From Pseudomonadota bacterium (lineage in GTDB: Bacteria; Pseudomonadota; Gammaproteobacteria; Beggiatoales; Beggiatoaceae), in the NCBI GenBank assembly GCA_041161065.1, contig JBEAVE010000006.1, positions 58,912 through 122,911 on the forward strand: a stretch of 64,000 bases of DNA. Reading direction: 5' to 3'. The position numbers and the translations under genes were made by a program. The notes under the pieces were generated by a model. It searched no databases, was not told the DNA's origin, and was given only the letters and a program-made list of their open reading frames with translations. This document shows positions 10,419 to 21,802 of the stretch, piece by piece. The first letter of the stretch is position 1, and every line of letters begins with the position of its first letter.

Positions 10419-11963
10419 ATGATGCAGCTAAATCCCTCTGAAATCAGTGAACTGATTAAGAAAAAAATTCAAGATTATGCGTTAACCACCCAAGCGCGCA
10501 GTGAAGGCATGGTGGTCAGCGTTACCGACGGTATTGTGCGTATTCATGGGCTTGCCGATGCGTTGCAAGGCGAAATGCTAGAATTTCCCAACAATACCTT
10601 CGGCATGGCGTTGAACTTAGAACGCGATTCCGTCGGCGCAGTTATTTTAGGTCCTTACGAACACATCACGGAAGGCGACTGGGTCAGATGTACCGGTAAA
10701 GTATTGGAAGTCCCCGTCGGTCCCGAATTATTGGGGCGCGTGGTCAATTCGTTGGGCGTGCCCATCGATGGCAAAGGTCCTGTCAATACCAAATTATCCG
10801 CACCAATCGAAAAGGTTGCGCCCGGTGTTATTACCCGTCAATCCGTGAGTCAGCCTGTTCAAACCGGCTTGAAAGCGATTGATACCATGGTGCCAATCGG
10901 ACGCGGACAACGCGAATTAATCATCGGCGACCGTCAAACCGGTAAAACCGCCCTCGCGGTCGATGCCATCATCAACCAAAAAGACACTGGCGTAAAATGT
11001 ATTTACGTGGCGGTCGGTCAAAAAGCGTCTTCTATCGCCAACGTGGTGCGTAAATTAGAAGAACACGGCGCAATGGCTCACACGATTGTGGTCGCCGCTT
11101 CCGCTTCTGATCCCGCGCCAATGCAATTTATCGCGCCTTATGTGGGTTGTTCGATGGGCGAATATTTCCGCGATCGCGGCGAAGATGCGTTGATCGTTTA
11201 TGATGATTTAACCAAGCAAGCATGGGCGTATCGCCAAGTTTCCTTATTATTACGTCGTCCTCCCGGTCGTGAAGCCTATCCCGGTGACGTTTTCTACTTA
11301 CATTCCCGTTTGTTGGAGCGTTCCGCACGAATCAACGCAGCGCAAGTGGAAAAATTAACCAACGGCGAAGTGAAAGGTAAAACCGGTTCTTTAACCGCCT
11401 TACCCATCATCGAAACCCAAGCGGGCGACGTGTCTGCATTCGTTCCGACCAACGTCATTTCGATTACGGATGGACAAATCTTTTTAGAAACCGATTTGTT
11501 CAACTCAGGCATTCGCCCAGCGATTAACGCGGGTTTGTCGGTTTCACGGGTCGGTGGTGCTGCACAAACCAAAATCATCAAAAAACTGGGCGGCGGTGTG
11601 CGTTTAAGTTTGGCGCAATATCGTGAATTAGCGGCGTTTGCGCAGTTTGCTTCGGATTTAGATGATACGACTCGCAAACAAATCGAACGGGGTCGTCGCG
11701 TCACTGAGTTGATGAAACAAAAACAATATTCGCCTTTAACAGTGGGTGAAATGGCGGTGTCGTTGTTTGCCGTTGATCGGGGTTATTTGGACGATGTGGA
11801 CGTGAAAAAAGTGGGCGATTTCGAAGCCGCTTTACACAATCACATGCGCACGAATTATAAGGTGCTGATCCACAAAGTAAATACCTCTGGCGATTTTAAC
11901 GATGAGATCGAAGCGGAGTTTAGAAAAGCTCTCGACGATTTCAAAGCCAACCATACTTGGTAA
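10419..11963 (+). CDS. atpA: F0F1 ATP synthase subunit alpha
   Basis: Walker [10 protein letters not shown]. Highly conserved alpha-subunit sequence throughout. Confidence 0.97.
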   Translation: MMQLNPSEISELIKKKIQDYALTTQARSEGMVVSVTDGIVRIHGLADALQGEMLEFPNNTFGMALNLERDSVGAVILGPYEHITEGDWVRCTGKVLEVPVGPELLGRVVNSLGVPIDGKGPVNTKLSAPIEKVAPGVITRQSVSQPVQTGLKAIDTMVPIGRGQRELIIGDRQTGKTALAVDAIINQKDTGVKCIYVAVGQKASSIANVVRKLEEHGAMAHTIVVAASASDPAPMQFIAPYVGCSMGEYFRDRGEDALIVYDDLTKQAWAYRQVSLLLRRPPGREAYPGDVFYLHSRLLERSARINAAQVEKLTNGEVKGKTGSLTALPIIETQAGDVSAFVPTNVISITDGQIFLETDLFNSGIRPAINAGLSVSRVGGAAQTKIIKKLGGGVRLSLAQYRELAAFAQFASDLDDTTRKQIERGRRVTELMKQKQYSPLTVGEMAVSLFAVDRGYLDDVDVKKVGDFEAALHNHMRTNYKVLIHKVNTSGDFNDEIEAEFRKALDDFKANHTW

Positions 11964-12014
11964 TTCGTGAGTTCAGGGGAGCGTGGTCTTCCCTGAAACA
12001 TTAGGAAAAAAGAC

Positions 12015-12875
12015 ATGGCAGGCAAAAAAGAAATCCGTACCAAGATTGCGAGCGTTAAAAATACGCAGAAAATTACCCGCGCGATGGAAATGGTCGCCGC
12101 CAGTAAAATGCGTAAAGCCCAACAGCAAATGGAACGTTCTCGACCTTACGCCAAAAAAATTCTTCAAGTTATCGGACATTTGGGGCACGCGCGCCCAGAT
12201 TACCAACACCCCTACATGATCGAACGTCCAGTGAAACGGGTCGGCATGATCGTGATTTCTTCGGATCGGGGTTTGTGCGGCGGATTGAACACCAACCTAT
12301 TCAAAACCGCGCTTCACCAACTGAAAGCCTGGAAGAAAGATAACGTTGAGTTTGATTTGTGCACGATTGGTAATAAAGCCAATATGTTCTTCAAACGGGT
12401 CGGTGGAAATTTGGTCGCCGAAGCCTCTCATTTAGGCGATGCACCCACGATTGAAGCCCTTATCGGGATCGTTCGGGTCATGTTAGATGCGTACAGCGAC
12501 GGCAAAATCGACCAATTAGTGGTGGTTTATAATCGCTTCGTGAACACCATGACGCAAGAACCGCAAGTAGAAACGCTATTACCCGTCGCCCCCGTCGATG
12601 ACGACAAATTGAAACATCACTGGGATTATATTTACGAACCGTCGTCGGAAGAAGTTTTAAATTATTTGTTAGTGCGTTATGTTGAATCGCGGGTTTATCA
12701 GGGCATTGTTGAAAATATTGCTTGCGAACAAGCCGCTCGAATGGTCGCGATGAAGAACGCTTCCGAAAATGCGGTGTCGTTAATTGGAGAATTGCAATTG
12801 GCTTATAACAAAGCGCGTCAAGCCTCCATTACCCAAGAATTGTCAGAAATCGTTTCTGGTGCTGCCGCCGTTTAA
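12015..12875 (+). CDS. atpG: F0F1 ATP synthase subunit gamma
   Basis: N-terminus [28 protein letters not shown]-terminus [14 protein letters not shown]. Confidence 0.95.
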   Translation: MAGKKEIRTKIASVKNTQKITRAMEMVAASKMRKAQQQMERSRPYAKKILQVIGHLGHARPDYQHPYMIERPVKRVGMIVISSDRGLCGGLNTNLFKTALHQLKAWKKDNVEFDLCTIGNKANMFFKRVGGNLVAEASHLGDAPTIEALIGIVRVMLDAYSDGKIDQLVVVYNRFVNTMTQEPQVETLLPVAPVDDDKLKHHWDYIYEPSSEEVLNYLLVRYVESRVYQGIVENIACEQAARMVAMKNASENAVSLIGELQLAYNKARQASITQELSEIVSGAAAV

Positions 12876-14282
<1,407 letters not shown>

Positions 14283-14351
14283 TCCACTTTTTCTTTCTCG
14301 TTCCTATGCGTTTTCGGGTAGGAACTGAAAGAAGTTGAAACAGGTGAAAAT

Positions 14352-14774
14352 ATGGCAATGACCATTCATGTTGATATTGTAAGTGCGCAAGAATCCATCT
14401 ATTCAGGATTGGCAGAATTGGTTTCTGCGCCGGCAATTATGGGTGAAGTGGGGATTACGCCGCGCCACGCCCCGTTGCTCACATTTTTAAGACCCGGCGA
14501 AGTGCGCATTAAAACCGACACGAACCGCGAAGAGTTTTTTTTCATTTCGGGCGGCGTGTTAGAAGTTCAACCGCATTTAGTGACGGTGTTGGCGGATACC
14601 GCGTTGCGCGCCAAAGACTTAGATGAAGCCAAAGCCCTCGAAGCCAAAGAACGTGCCGAGAAACTTTTAGCGGACAAAAAAGGCGATTTTGATTACGCCA
14701 AAGCCCAAGCCGAACTTATCGAAGCCATGGCACAAATCCAAGCGATTCAAAAACTTCGCAAAATCAAAAAATAA
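14352..14774 (+). CDS. atpC: F0F1 ATP synthase subunit epsilon
   Basis: 140 aa. Last gene of the operon, with a typical epsilon N-terminal beta-sandwich sequence. Confidence 0.93.
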   Translation: MAMTIHVDIVSAQESIYSGLAELVSAPAIMGEVGITPRHAPLLTFLRPGEVRIKTDTNREEFFFISGGVLEVQPHLVTVLADTALRAKDLDEAKALEAKERAEKLLADKKGDFDYAKAQAELIEAMAQIQAIQKLRKIKK

Positions 14775-14795
14775 TATATCTCCTAAAAAACCTTC

Positions 14796-14830
14796 AAACT
14801 AAAACGTCTCTCTGATGTTTTAGTTTTTTT
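14796..14830 (+). terminator. rho-independent terminator of the atp operon
   Basis: 10-bp stem aaactaaaac (14796-14805) / gttttagttt (14817-14826) running into a T tract. Confidence 0.65.
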
Positions 14831-14937
14831 ATGCCATCGTAAAAAGTGGAACAGTGACCAAATTAAATGTTAATTAAATCTATAGTTTGCTGAAAATAAA
14901 CACAAAATAGACAAAAAACCATCGCTTTTTCTGATTT

Positions 14938-16359
14938 TTAAGCAGTTTCTTCAGATTCCACTTCCATGCCTAACTCTTTGATTTTGCGGGTGACGGTATT
15001 TCTTCCCCAACCCAATAGTTTTGCGGCTTCTTGTCGCCGTCCTCCCGTAAATTGTAATGCCGTATCAATGAGTATTTTCTCAAAACGTGGGGCGGCTTCG
15101 TTTAATAAATCTTTACAACCGGAATGCAAGCGTTGTTCTGCCCAACGTCGTAAAAGTTGTTCCCAATCGTGGGTTTCTGAGGAAGAAGATTTTGAGCGTA
15201 ATTCTGGAGGAAGATCATCGGGTAAAATATCCTGACCCGAAGCCATCACCGTTAGCCATCGACAAGTGTTTTGTAATTGCCGAACATTACCCGCCCAATC
15301 TAATTGACTTAAATAACGTTCTGTTTCGGGTTGAAGTTTTTTCATTTCTACGTCGAGTTCTTTTGCCGCAGAGTGAAGAAAATGCTTTGCTAATAAAGGA
15401 ATATCTTCACGTCTTTTTCTCAACGGTGGCAAATGAATTCTAATCACGTTCAAACGATGATACAAATCCTCACGAAACTTGCCTTCTTTAACTCGTTGCT
15501 CTAAATCTTGATGAGTGGCGGCAATGATTCTGACATCGACTTTCAAAGGCGTATGACCACCCACACGAAAGAACGTTCCGTCCGCTAAAACTCTTAACAA
15601 ACGGGTTTGTAATTCGGCGGGCATATCACCAATTTCATCTAAAAACAACGTCCCCGAATCGGCTTGTTCGAAACGCCCACGACGTTGTTGCAATGCGCCG
15701 GTAAATGCGCCGCGTTCGTGCCCAAACAGTTCAGATTCAAGGAGTTCGCGGGGAATTGCCGCCGTATTCAACGCAATAAATGGATTTTGGGCGCGCGGGC
15801 TGTGTCGATGCAGGGCTTGCGCGACTAATTCTTTGCCAGTCCCCGATTCGCCGGTGATTAATACCGTGATATTTGAACGACTTAACCGCCCAATTGCTCG
15901 AAACACTTCCTGCATTGCGGGCGCAGACCCAATAATTTCGCCGCTTTGTTGAATGGCTAACGCACTCGGGTCAGTTTCCTGCTGTTTGCGGCGATTGACC
16001 GCGCGTTGCACCAAATCCACCGCCTCATCGACATCAAAAGGTTTGGGCAAATACTCAAACGCCCCGCCCTGATACGACGCGACCGCCGACTCCAAATCCG
16101 AATACGCGGTCATCACAATCACCGGCACTTGCGGATAATGGTCGTTTAGGTGGCTCAAAAGGCTCAATCCGTCCATGCCCGGCATTCGAATATCCGTAAT
16201 CACCGCATCGGGCGCGGGTTTTGCCGAACGCTGAACCGCCAAATCGGCGCGCTCAAACACCGTCACATCGATGCCCGCTTGCGTGAGGGCTTTTTCCAAC
16301 ACCCATCGAATCGCCCGATCATCATCAATTACCCACACATGGTTCTTTTTCATTTTCAT
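14938..16359 (-). CDS. glnG: nitrogen regulation protein NR(I), sigma54-dependent response regulator NtrC
   Basis: REC domain (VIDDD, ITDIRMPGMDG). AAA+ sigma54-activator motifs GESGTGKE and GAFTGA. C-terminal Fis-type HTH. Confidence 0.9.
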   Translation of the reverse strand: MKMKKNHVWVIDDDRAIRWVLEKALTQAGIDVTVFERADLAVQRSAKPAPDAVITDIRMPGMDGLSLLSHLNDHYPQVPVIVMTAYSDLESAVASYQGGAFEYLPKPFDVDEAVDLVQRAVNRRKQQETDPSALAIQQSGEIIGSAPAMQEVFRAIGRLSRSNITVLITGESGTGKELVAQALHRHSPRAQNPFIALNTAAIPRELLESELFGHERGAFTGALQQRRGRFEQADSGTLFLDEIGDMPAELQTRLLRVLADGTFFRVGGHTPLKVDVRIIAATHQDLEQRVKEGKFREDLYHRLNVIRIHLPPLRKRREDIPLLAKHFLHSAAKELDVEMKKLQPETERYLSQLDWAGNVRQLQNTCRWLTVMASGQDILPDDLPPELRSKSSSSETHDWEQLLRRWAEQRLHSGCKDLLNEAAPRFEKILIDTALQFTGGRRQEAAKLLGWGRNTVTRKIKELGMEVESEETA

Positions 16360-16364
16360 TCAAC

Positions 16365-16481
16365 CTAATGTTCTATATTTAAGTCGGGAATCCTAGCCAT
16401 TTCTTTGACGTTATTGGTAACAAGAATATAACGTTCTATTAAAACATGCTCAGCAATCCACAAATCATTTGTACCAATCGG
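16365..16481 (-). pseudogene. truncated vapC (PIN-domain toxin) C-terminal remnant
   Basis: My own translation of the minus strand gives PIGTNDLWIAEHVLIERYILVTNNVKEMARIPDLNIEH followed by a stop. This matches the typical VapC C-terminus (IG.NDLWIAA.A......LVT.N..EF.R.P.L). There is no start codon or N-terminal two thirds. It starts right after the RM gene stop and ends 5 nt before the ntrC ATG. Confidence 0.6.
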
Positions 16482-16489
16482 TTTTCCTT

Positions 16490-19400
16490 TTATTGAATAG
16501 GAAAATCGCTAATCGTTTCATCGATTTTTTTCATAAGTTGTTGGGTTTTTGTTATCGCTGCTAAAATATACAAATAATGCGCGCAATCTTCATAACTTAA
16601 AATAAGATTTTTACGATCTTTTAACCATTTTTGACACACTTGATAACCTCCAATATGAAATCCCCAAATATCTAGTTTTACATTATCAAAATACTGGGTT
16701 TTGTTGATATAAACTTTGTCATTTTTGTATTCCACTTTCTCGACAATATTATTTCCTTCAATTGGGAAATTATGTTCATAATCCAGATCGGTTTGCATTA
16801 AATGTAAATTTACCAGTTGTTCTCCAAAAATAGCTAATTGTTGAAATAAATTTTTATCATTCGTTAAAGGCAAACGTGGAAAATCCATTTTGAGAAACTC
16901 TGCATATCTTTTTCTATACATTGGGCTATGAAATATCGCATACATATAATGAAAGACATCTAACGCGCTAATTGTTTGTTTGAAATCACCTTTATTTTCA
17001 GAAATAAATTGTAACTTTAATTTAGTTTCTAATTCCACAATAAACTCAGGCGAAAAATTAGGTTTTCTCGGTAATTCTTTATGATGTCCATTACCGCTCC
17101 CATTTCCATTCACAAAATGATCTTTCTCTGAAGACGAAAGATAAAGTGGAAAGAAATTATTACCGCCACGTCTAAATAAATTAAGTTCTGTCATTATGTT
17201 TGAACAGAAGATTATATCCCATTCATTAGAACCAACAACTTGACCTGCTCGTCTAACAGCTAATCCTAAGTTACTTTCTTGCAATATATGTTGCATAACT
17301 TCATATCGCGGTCTCGTTACAACTTGCCCATCATAAATAATGTAATTTATATCAAATGGGCGATAAAGAATTGGTTTAATAACATCTTCTTTTAGATTAT
17401 GTTTTTTAGCCAATTTTTTAGCTATTTGGTAATCAGATGTAATGGTTTCTTTATCTTGTCCAGTTACAATTCCAACCGAATTAATCGGCATCATATCGGT
17501 AACTTTCCAACCTTTTTCATATTCACTTAACAAATCAATATTTTGAGGAACAAATAAATAAAATGGCGATTGTGGTTTCAAAATTGTCCAATCAGTTGTT
17601 TTCAAATCGTTTGCAGATAACCACTGATATTTTGTTTTACGTTCACCATACAAATGCGCATGATAAACGGTCGCAATTTTGTTTTTTCTTTGTTGATGCT
17701 TAATAAAAATGCCAACCGCTACACCTTGTTGAATATCAAAAACATTTTTATCGTTTGAACCATCGGGAGATTGTTCTTTTTTCTTTGAATTTCCATGCAA
17801 ATCTAAAATGTAAATTTCATCAAAATCTTCCATCAATGATTGACGCATTCCTCTAAAAGTTGGATTATCCAAATAACCATGATTTGTTACAAATCCTAAA
17901 ACGCCATAACCTGTTTGTTGAATGCGCCAATGCGCAAAGCGAATAAATTTCACATAATCGTCATTTAACCATTTGGGATTTCTTTCATTCAAAGATTGAC
18001 CATCGACCATAAAATAATTGGCTTGATTTCCTATCCCACGCAATAAATCAGAAATCCATTCACCCGTATTTGCAGAATGTCCAGAATAAGGCGGATTTCC
18101 TAAAATAACCATTACAGGAGATTCTGCTTTAACAAAACTTGCTGCATTTGCTTCGTTTGATAGCCATTTTGCTAACAAAGTTTCTTCATTTTCATGCGGT
18201 TTATCTAAGGTATTAGTTAAGAAAATATTTAATCGTTCATTGCTCTTAAAATCATAACCATATTCTTTTAATTGCAAACCTAATTTCATATGCGCAACGG
18301 TATAAGCCGCCATCAATAATTCAAAACCATGCAGTCGTGGTAATAAATGCTTTGAAACATAATCCGACCACATTCCTTTATTATTTTTGAATTGCTCAAA
18401 TATTTTTGCAATGACTGAATAAAGAAAAGTACCTGTTCCCGTTGCTGGATCGAGGATTTGAACTCGATGGGTTTTATCATCAATTTTTGAACTATCTGCT
18501 AAACCTTTTTTCAAATTAAATTTTTCTTTCAAAATCAAATCAACTGATCGCACAATATATGAAACAACGGGTTCTGGCGTGTAATAAACACCACGTATTT
18601 CTCGTAATTTAGGATTGTATTGGGCAAGAAATGTTTCGTAGAAATGAACCACGGGGTCTTCTTGGCGCGTTTGTTTGCCAAAATCGGCTAAAATTGCTCC
18701 AATATCTGCACGATTCAAAACGGCAACCAAATGCTCAACCATCCACACCAATCGTTCATCTAAATCAATTCCCGCGATTTGATTAAATAAGTTTCTCAAA
18801 AAAGGGTTGGTTTTTGGCAAATAAAATCCTGCATGAATTCGAGAAAAAGGTTGATTGAGTTCTGCACTACATTTTGCTGCAAATAATCCATAACAAATGG
18901 TTTGAGCAACCATATCGCTAAATTGTTCAATGGTCAGCGTATCAATTAAAACAATTCTAAAACTATCTAATTGGCTGTGTATATTGCCACGATTATCTTC
19001 ATTTTGATAAGCCAATTCAATAGAACGTTTGATTTCATTAGCAATATGTGCCATTTTAGCGGCAAGTTCTTCGGGTGTGCGTAAGGTTAAAATTTTTGAT
19101 TCAACAAAAGATTTGATTAAATTTTCAAAACGATTAAATTGATCTTTATTTATGGATAATTTCTTATTTTTAGAATCCCATGTTCCTAACACAACCGTCA
19201 TTTCAAGTTGTTTGTTTTTTTCTATAAACCAGCGAAATTCCAAATAATCGGTTAAAATCAAATTATTTAAGGCGGGTAAATAACGTTGGATTTGTTCTGA
19301 TTGCTCAGTTTTATCTAAATCAATTCCAATATCTTTTGCTTCAAGATGACCAATCGGTTCTTCCCCTTTCGCGATTTCAAAATCGGGCGATCCACATTGA

Positions 19401-19549
19401 ATTCGACGCGGTTCATTTGTAATGCGATAATCGGGTAAAAAGGCTTTCAAAAGCGCAAACAACGCGGGGCGATGCGTATGTTCAGTAGCATTTCCAATTT
19501 GTAAATCATGTTCTATTTGATTTAAATAAGTTTCTATGGCGTTTAACAT
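16490..19549 (-). CDS. MmeI-like single-polypeptide type IIG/IIL restriction-modification enzyme (PD-ExK nuclease + gamma-class N6-adenine methyltransferase + specificity domain)
   Basis: N-terminal GSPDFEI...LEAKD...DLDK...LILTDYLEFRWF follows the MmeI-type D-x(n)-E-x-K nuclease pattern. Methyltransferase motif I is ILDPATGTGTFL and motif IV is GNPPYSG. C-terminal blocks FHYMYAIFHSPMYRKRYAEFLKMDFPRLPL and GGYQVCQKWLKDRK are as in type ISP/IIG specificity domains. The preferred start is ATG 19549 (MLNAIETYL), 1 nt after the ntrB stop. The longest ORF starts at 19621, inside ntrB. Confidence 0.75.
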   Translation of the reverse strand: MLNAIETYLNQIEHDLQIGNATEHTHRPALFALLKAFLPDYRITNEPRRIQCGSPDFEIAKGEEPIGHLEAKDIGIDLDKTEQSEQIQRYLPALNNLILTDYLEFRWFIEKNKQLEMTVVLGTWDSKNKKLSINKDQFNRFENLIKSFVESKILTLRTPEELAAKMAHIANEIKRSIELAYQNEDNRGNIHSQLDSFRIVLIDTLTIEQFSDMVAQTICYGLFAAKCSAELNQPFSRIHAGFYLPKTNPFLRNLFNQIAGIDLDERLVWMVEHLVAVLNRADIGAILADFGKQTRQEDPVVHFYETFLAQYNPKLREIRGVYYTPEPVVSYIVRSVDLILKEKFNLKKGLADSSKIDDKTHRVQILDPATGTGTFLYSVIAKIFEQFKNNKGMWSDYVSKHLLPRLHGFELLMAAYTVAHMKLGLQLKEYGYDFKSNERLNIFLTNTLDKPHENEETLLAKWLSNEANAASFVKAESPVMVILGNPPYSGHSANTGEWISDLLRGIGNQANYFMVDGQSLNERNPKWLNDDYVKFIRFAHWRIQQTGYGVLGFVTNHGYLDNPTFRGMRQSLMEDFDEIYILDLHGNSKKKEQSPDGSNDKNVFDIQQGVAVGIFIKHQQRKNKIATVYHAHLYGERKTKYQWLSANDLKTTDWTILKPQSPFYLFVPQNIDLLSEYEKGWKVTDMMPINSVGIVTGQDKETITSDYQIAKKLAKKHNLKEDVIKPILYRPFDINYIIYDGQVVTRPRYEVMQHILQESNLGLAVRRAGQVVGSNEWDIIFCSNIMTELNLFRRGGNNFFPLYLSSSEKDHFVNGNGSGNGHHKELPRKPNFSPEFIVELETKLKLQFISENKGDFKQTISALDVFHYMYAIFHSPMYRKRYAEFLKMDFPRLPLTNDKNLFQQLAIFGEQLVNLHLMQTDLDYEHNFPIEGNNIVEKVEYKNDKVYINKTQYFDNVKLDIWGFHIGGYQVCQKWLKDRKNLILSYEDCAHYLYILAAITKTQQLMKKIDETISDFPIQ

Positions 19550-19550
19550 A

Positions 19551-20636
19551 TTAAGTTGTAATGGGTAATGAAATCGTAAAAACGGTTTTAGTGGGGCGAC
19601 TTTCACAAGAAATTGTTCCACCGTTTCTATGGACTAAATTTTGAGCAATTGTTAAACCTAACCCCGTTCCTTCGGCGCGTCCTGTCACCATTGGATAGAA
19701 AATATGCTCAAAAATTTCTTCTGGAATTCCCGGTCCATTATCTTGAATATCTACCCGCACCGCCATTTTGTGCAATTTATTATCTAATTTAACCCGATGT
19801 TCAATGCGCGTTCTTAACGTTAAAACGCCTTGTCCATTCATCGCTTGCACTGCATTTCTTAGCAAATTTAGAAATGCTTGGTGTAATTGATCGGGGTCAG
19901 CAAAAATATCTGGGACGCTCGGATCATAATCTTCAATGATTTCAATCAGTTCACCCGATTCATTGGTAATTAACTGCCGTCCTAAACATAAAACCTTATG
20001 AATATTAATCCATTCTTTGCGTGGAGGTGTTCGCGGTCCCAACATTCGGTCGAGCAAAGTCTGCAAACGATCCGCCTCGCCGATAATAATGTCAGTATAT
20101 TCACGCTGTTGCAGCGGAAGTTCGCGCGCCAACAATTGTGCCGCCCCGCGCAAACCGCCGAGTGGATTCTTGATTTCGTGCGCCAAACCCCGCAACAAAT
20201 TGTGCACCGCGCGCCGCCGCAACGACAAATCTTCCTCGCGCGTGAGTCGCAATTGTTGATCAACATTGACCATTTCCACCAAAAACGCATCAGGCGGAAT
20301 AATACCTAACCCGTTGTTATTGTTAGGATAAAAATGTGGGTTGCGAATAGGCGTAATGCTACAATCGACGGTCATTTGCGAACCGGTCAATGTCCCGATT
20401 TTCAAGCCATGTTCGGTGAGTGTGCGGGGCTCTGTTATAAGTCGTTGAAAACACGGACAATCAGGAAACAATATTTCCGCGTGCAAACCACAAACCTGAT
20501 TCGCGCTCAGTTGCAATAAAGTTTCGCCCGCCGGATTGATATATTGCAACGACAAATCACGATCAAACCACAAGACCGCCGTCATTAAATTGTCAAGAAT
20601 ACGCTGTGCAAGTTCCATAGAAGTTTTCACGGGCAA
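19551..20636 (-). CDS. glnL: nitrogen regulation sensor histidine kinase NtrB
   Basis: N-terminal PAS domain. H-box HEIKNPLGGLRGAAQLL. HATPase motifs DNGPGIP and GTGLGL. Confidence 0.9.
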   Translation of the reverse strand: MPVKTSMELAQRILDNLMTAVLWFDRDLSLQYINPAGETLLQLSANQVCGLHAEILFPDCPCFQRLITEPRTLTEHGLKIGTLTGSQMTVDCSITPIRNPHFYPNNNNGLGIIPPDAFLVEMVNVDQQLRLTREEDLSLRRRAVHNLLRGLAHEIKNPLGGLRGAAQLLARELPLQQREYTDIIIGEADRLQTLLDRMLGPRTPPRKEWINIHKVLCLGRQLITNESGELIEIIEDYDPSVPDIFADPDQLHQAFLNLLRNAVQAMNGQGVLTLRTRIEHRVKLDNKLHKMAVRVDIQDNGPGIPEEIFEHIFYPMVTGRAEGTGLGLTIAQNLVHRNGGTISCESRPTKTVFTISLPITT

Positions 20637-20712
20637 ATTTTATACCGATTAAGTTTTAGGTTGTTTTTCAAAGAGATAGGTTCAATAACCATATCTTTTA
20701 TTTGAGATATTT

Positions 20713-20748
20713 TGCACTACTTTAGTTCAAATGCCTTATTATAGTGCA
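20713..20748 (-). promoter_or_regulatory. two adjacent NtrC-like binding sites upstream of ntrB
   Basis: TGCACTA-CTT-TAGTTCA (20713-20729) and TGCCTTA-TTA-TAGTGCA (20732-20748) resemble the enterobacterial NtrC site TGCACYA-N3-TGGTGCA. They lie 77-112 nt upstream of the ntrB start. Confidence 0.4.
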
Positions 20749-20856
20749 ATTAGGTTTTTATTTCGTAAAGAAAGGGGCTTTTAAAGAGGAAAACTGAAAC
20801 CCTTCCGCCGCCGTAAAATAAGGAGGAAATGATTTCATTAAATGGTGAGTTGTTCT

Positions 20857-21405
20857 TTAGCGCACGAGAGTATTTTCAACCTGAATTTTCTTTTCTTTTC
20901 CACACAATGTTTCAATAATTTCCAATGCAAAATCGATAGCTGTTCCAGGTCCGCGAGAAGTAATAACCAATCCATCTTTTACAACCGCTTCATTTGAGCA
21001 AATGGTATTAGCTAAATGTAATGATTTTAGAACAGCTGGATAACTGGTTGCTTTCTTATTTTCCAATAAGCCCGCCGTTGCTAAAACTTTAGGTGCAGCA
21101 CAAATGGCAGCCGTATATTTTCCTCGACGAGCAGTGTTTTGTAAAAGCGTTAAAATTCTTTGATCTTTGTTTAAGTGATCCGCCCCCGGCAAACCACCCG
21201 GTAAAACAATCATGTCAAATGGTTCATTTATAATAGAATCTAAGGTTGTATCGGGTATTAAAACCACGCCACGACTCGCTTTGACAGGTTTATCATCTAA
21301 TCCTGCAGAAATCACTTCAATGTTAGCACGCCGTAATAAATCAATAATGGTCACGGCTTCAAGTTCTTCACAACCTTGTGCTAAAGGGACTAATACTTTT
21401 GGCAT
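20857..21405 (-). CDS. DJ-1/PfpI family protein (YajL/ThiJ-like)
   Basis: Nucleophile elbow AAICAAP. Length ~182 aa. The start is set at MPKVLV (ATG 21405), which has GGAGG 8 nt upstream. Confidence 0.8.
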   Translation of the reverse strand: MPKVLVPLAQGCEELEAVTIIDLLRRANIEVISAGLDDKPVKASRGVVLIPDTTLDSIINEPFDMIVLPGGLPGADHLNKDQRILTLLQNTARRGKYTAAICAAPKVLATAGLLENKKATSYPAVLKSLHLANTICSNEAVVKDGLVITSRGPGTAIDFALEIIETLCGKEKKIQVENTLVR

Positions 21406-21425
21406 AGCAAGTTCCTCCAAAAAAT

Positions 21426-21668
21426 TTAATGTTTGCAATGCTGATGTTTAGAGCATTTTTCTGGAACAGGATCATATCCTCCTTCATGAAAAGGGTGACA
21501 ACGTCCTAAACGTTTCAAACCCATCCAGAAACCCGTCAATGTTCCATACTTTTCTATCGCTTCATACATATAAGCAGAACAAGAAGGATAATAGCGACAA
21601 TGATTTCCCAACAAAGGGCTAATCGCATAACGATAGAAACCGATCAAATGTAAGAAAAGTTTTTGCAT
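21426..21668 (-). CDS. yidD: membrane protein insertion efficiency factor YidD
   Basis: [31 protein letters not shown]...[14 protein letters not shown]. Confidence 0.9.
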   Translation of the reverse strand: MQKLFLHLIGFYRYAISPLLGNHCRYYPSCSAYMYEAIEKYGTLTGFWMGLKRLGRCHPFHEGGYDPVPEKCSKHQHCKH

Positions 21669-21802
21669 TTTTAGATTAAGTCTAATAAACCAAATGGTTC
21701 AATTATACGGGAGTTTCTCATTAAAACCAACATTCACGATCAAATACTTGCAAACAATTAAATAATTACCTACAATGAAACCCGTCGCTATAAAATATAT
21801 CT

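Noticed and set aside
15301-20160. Using low GC content as evidence that the RM gene is horizontally acquired.
   Set aside because: Hand counts of single 60-nt lines give 22-23 G+C in the RM gene (17041, 17641). They also give only 20 in the 3' part of ntrC (15301), against 36 in its 5' part (15961). Composition is heterogeneous even within core genes, so GC alone is not diagnostic here. The synteny break and the vapC remnant are the real evidence.
20829-20924. A 31-codon plus-strand ORF preceded by a perfect AGGAGG, antisense to the 3' end of the DJ-1 gene.
   Set aside because: The SD-to-ATG spacing is only 2 nt. The peptide is hydrophobic nonsense and lies almost entirely inside the opposite-strand gene.
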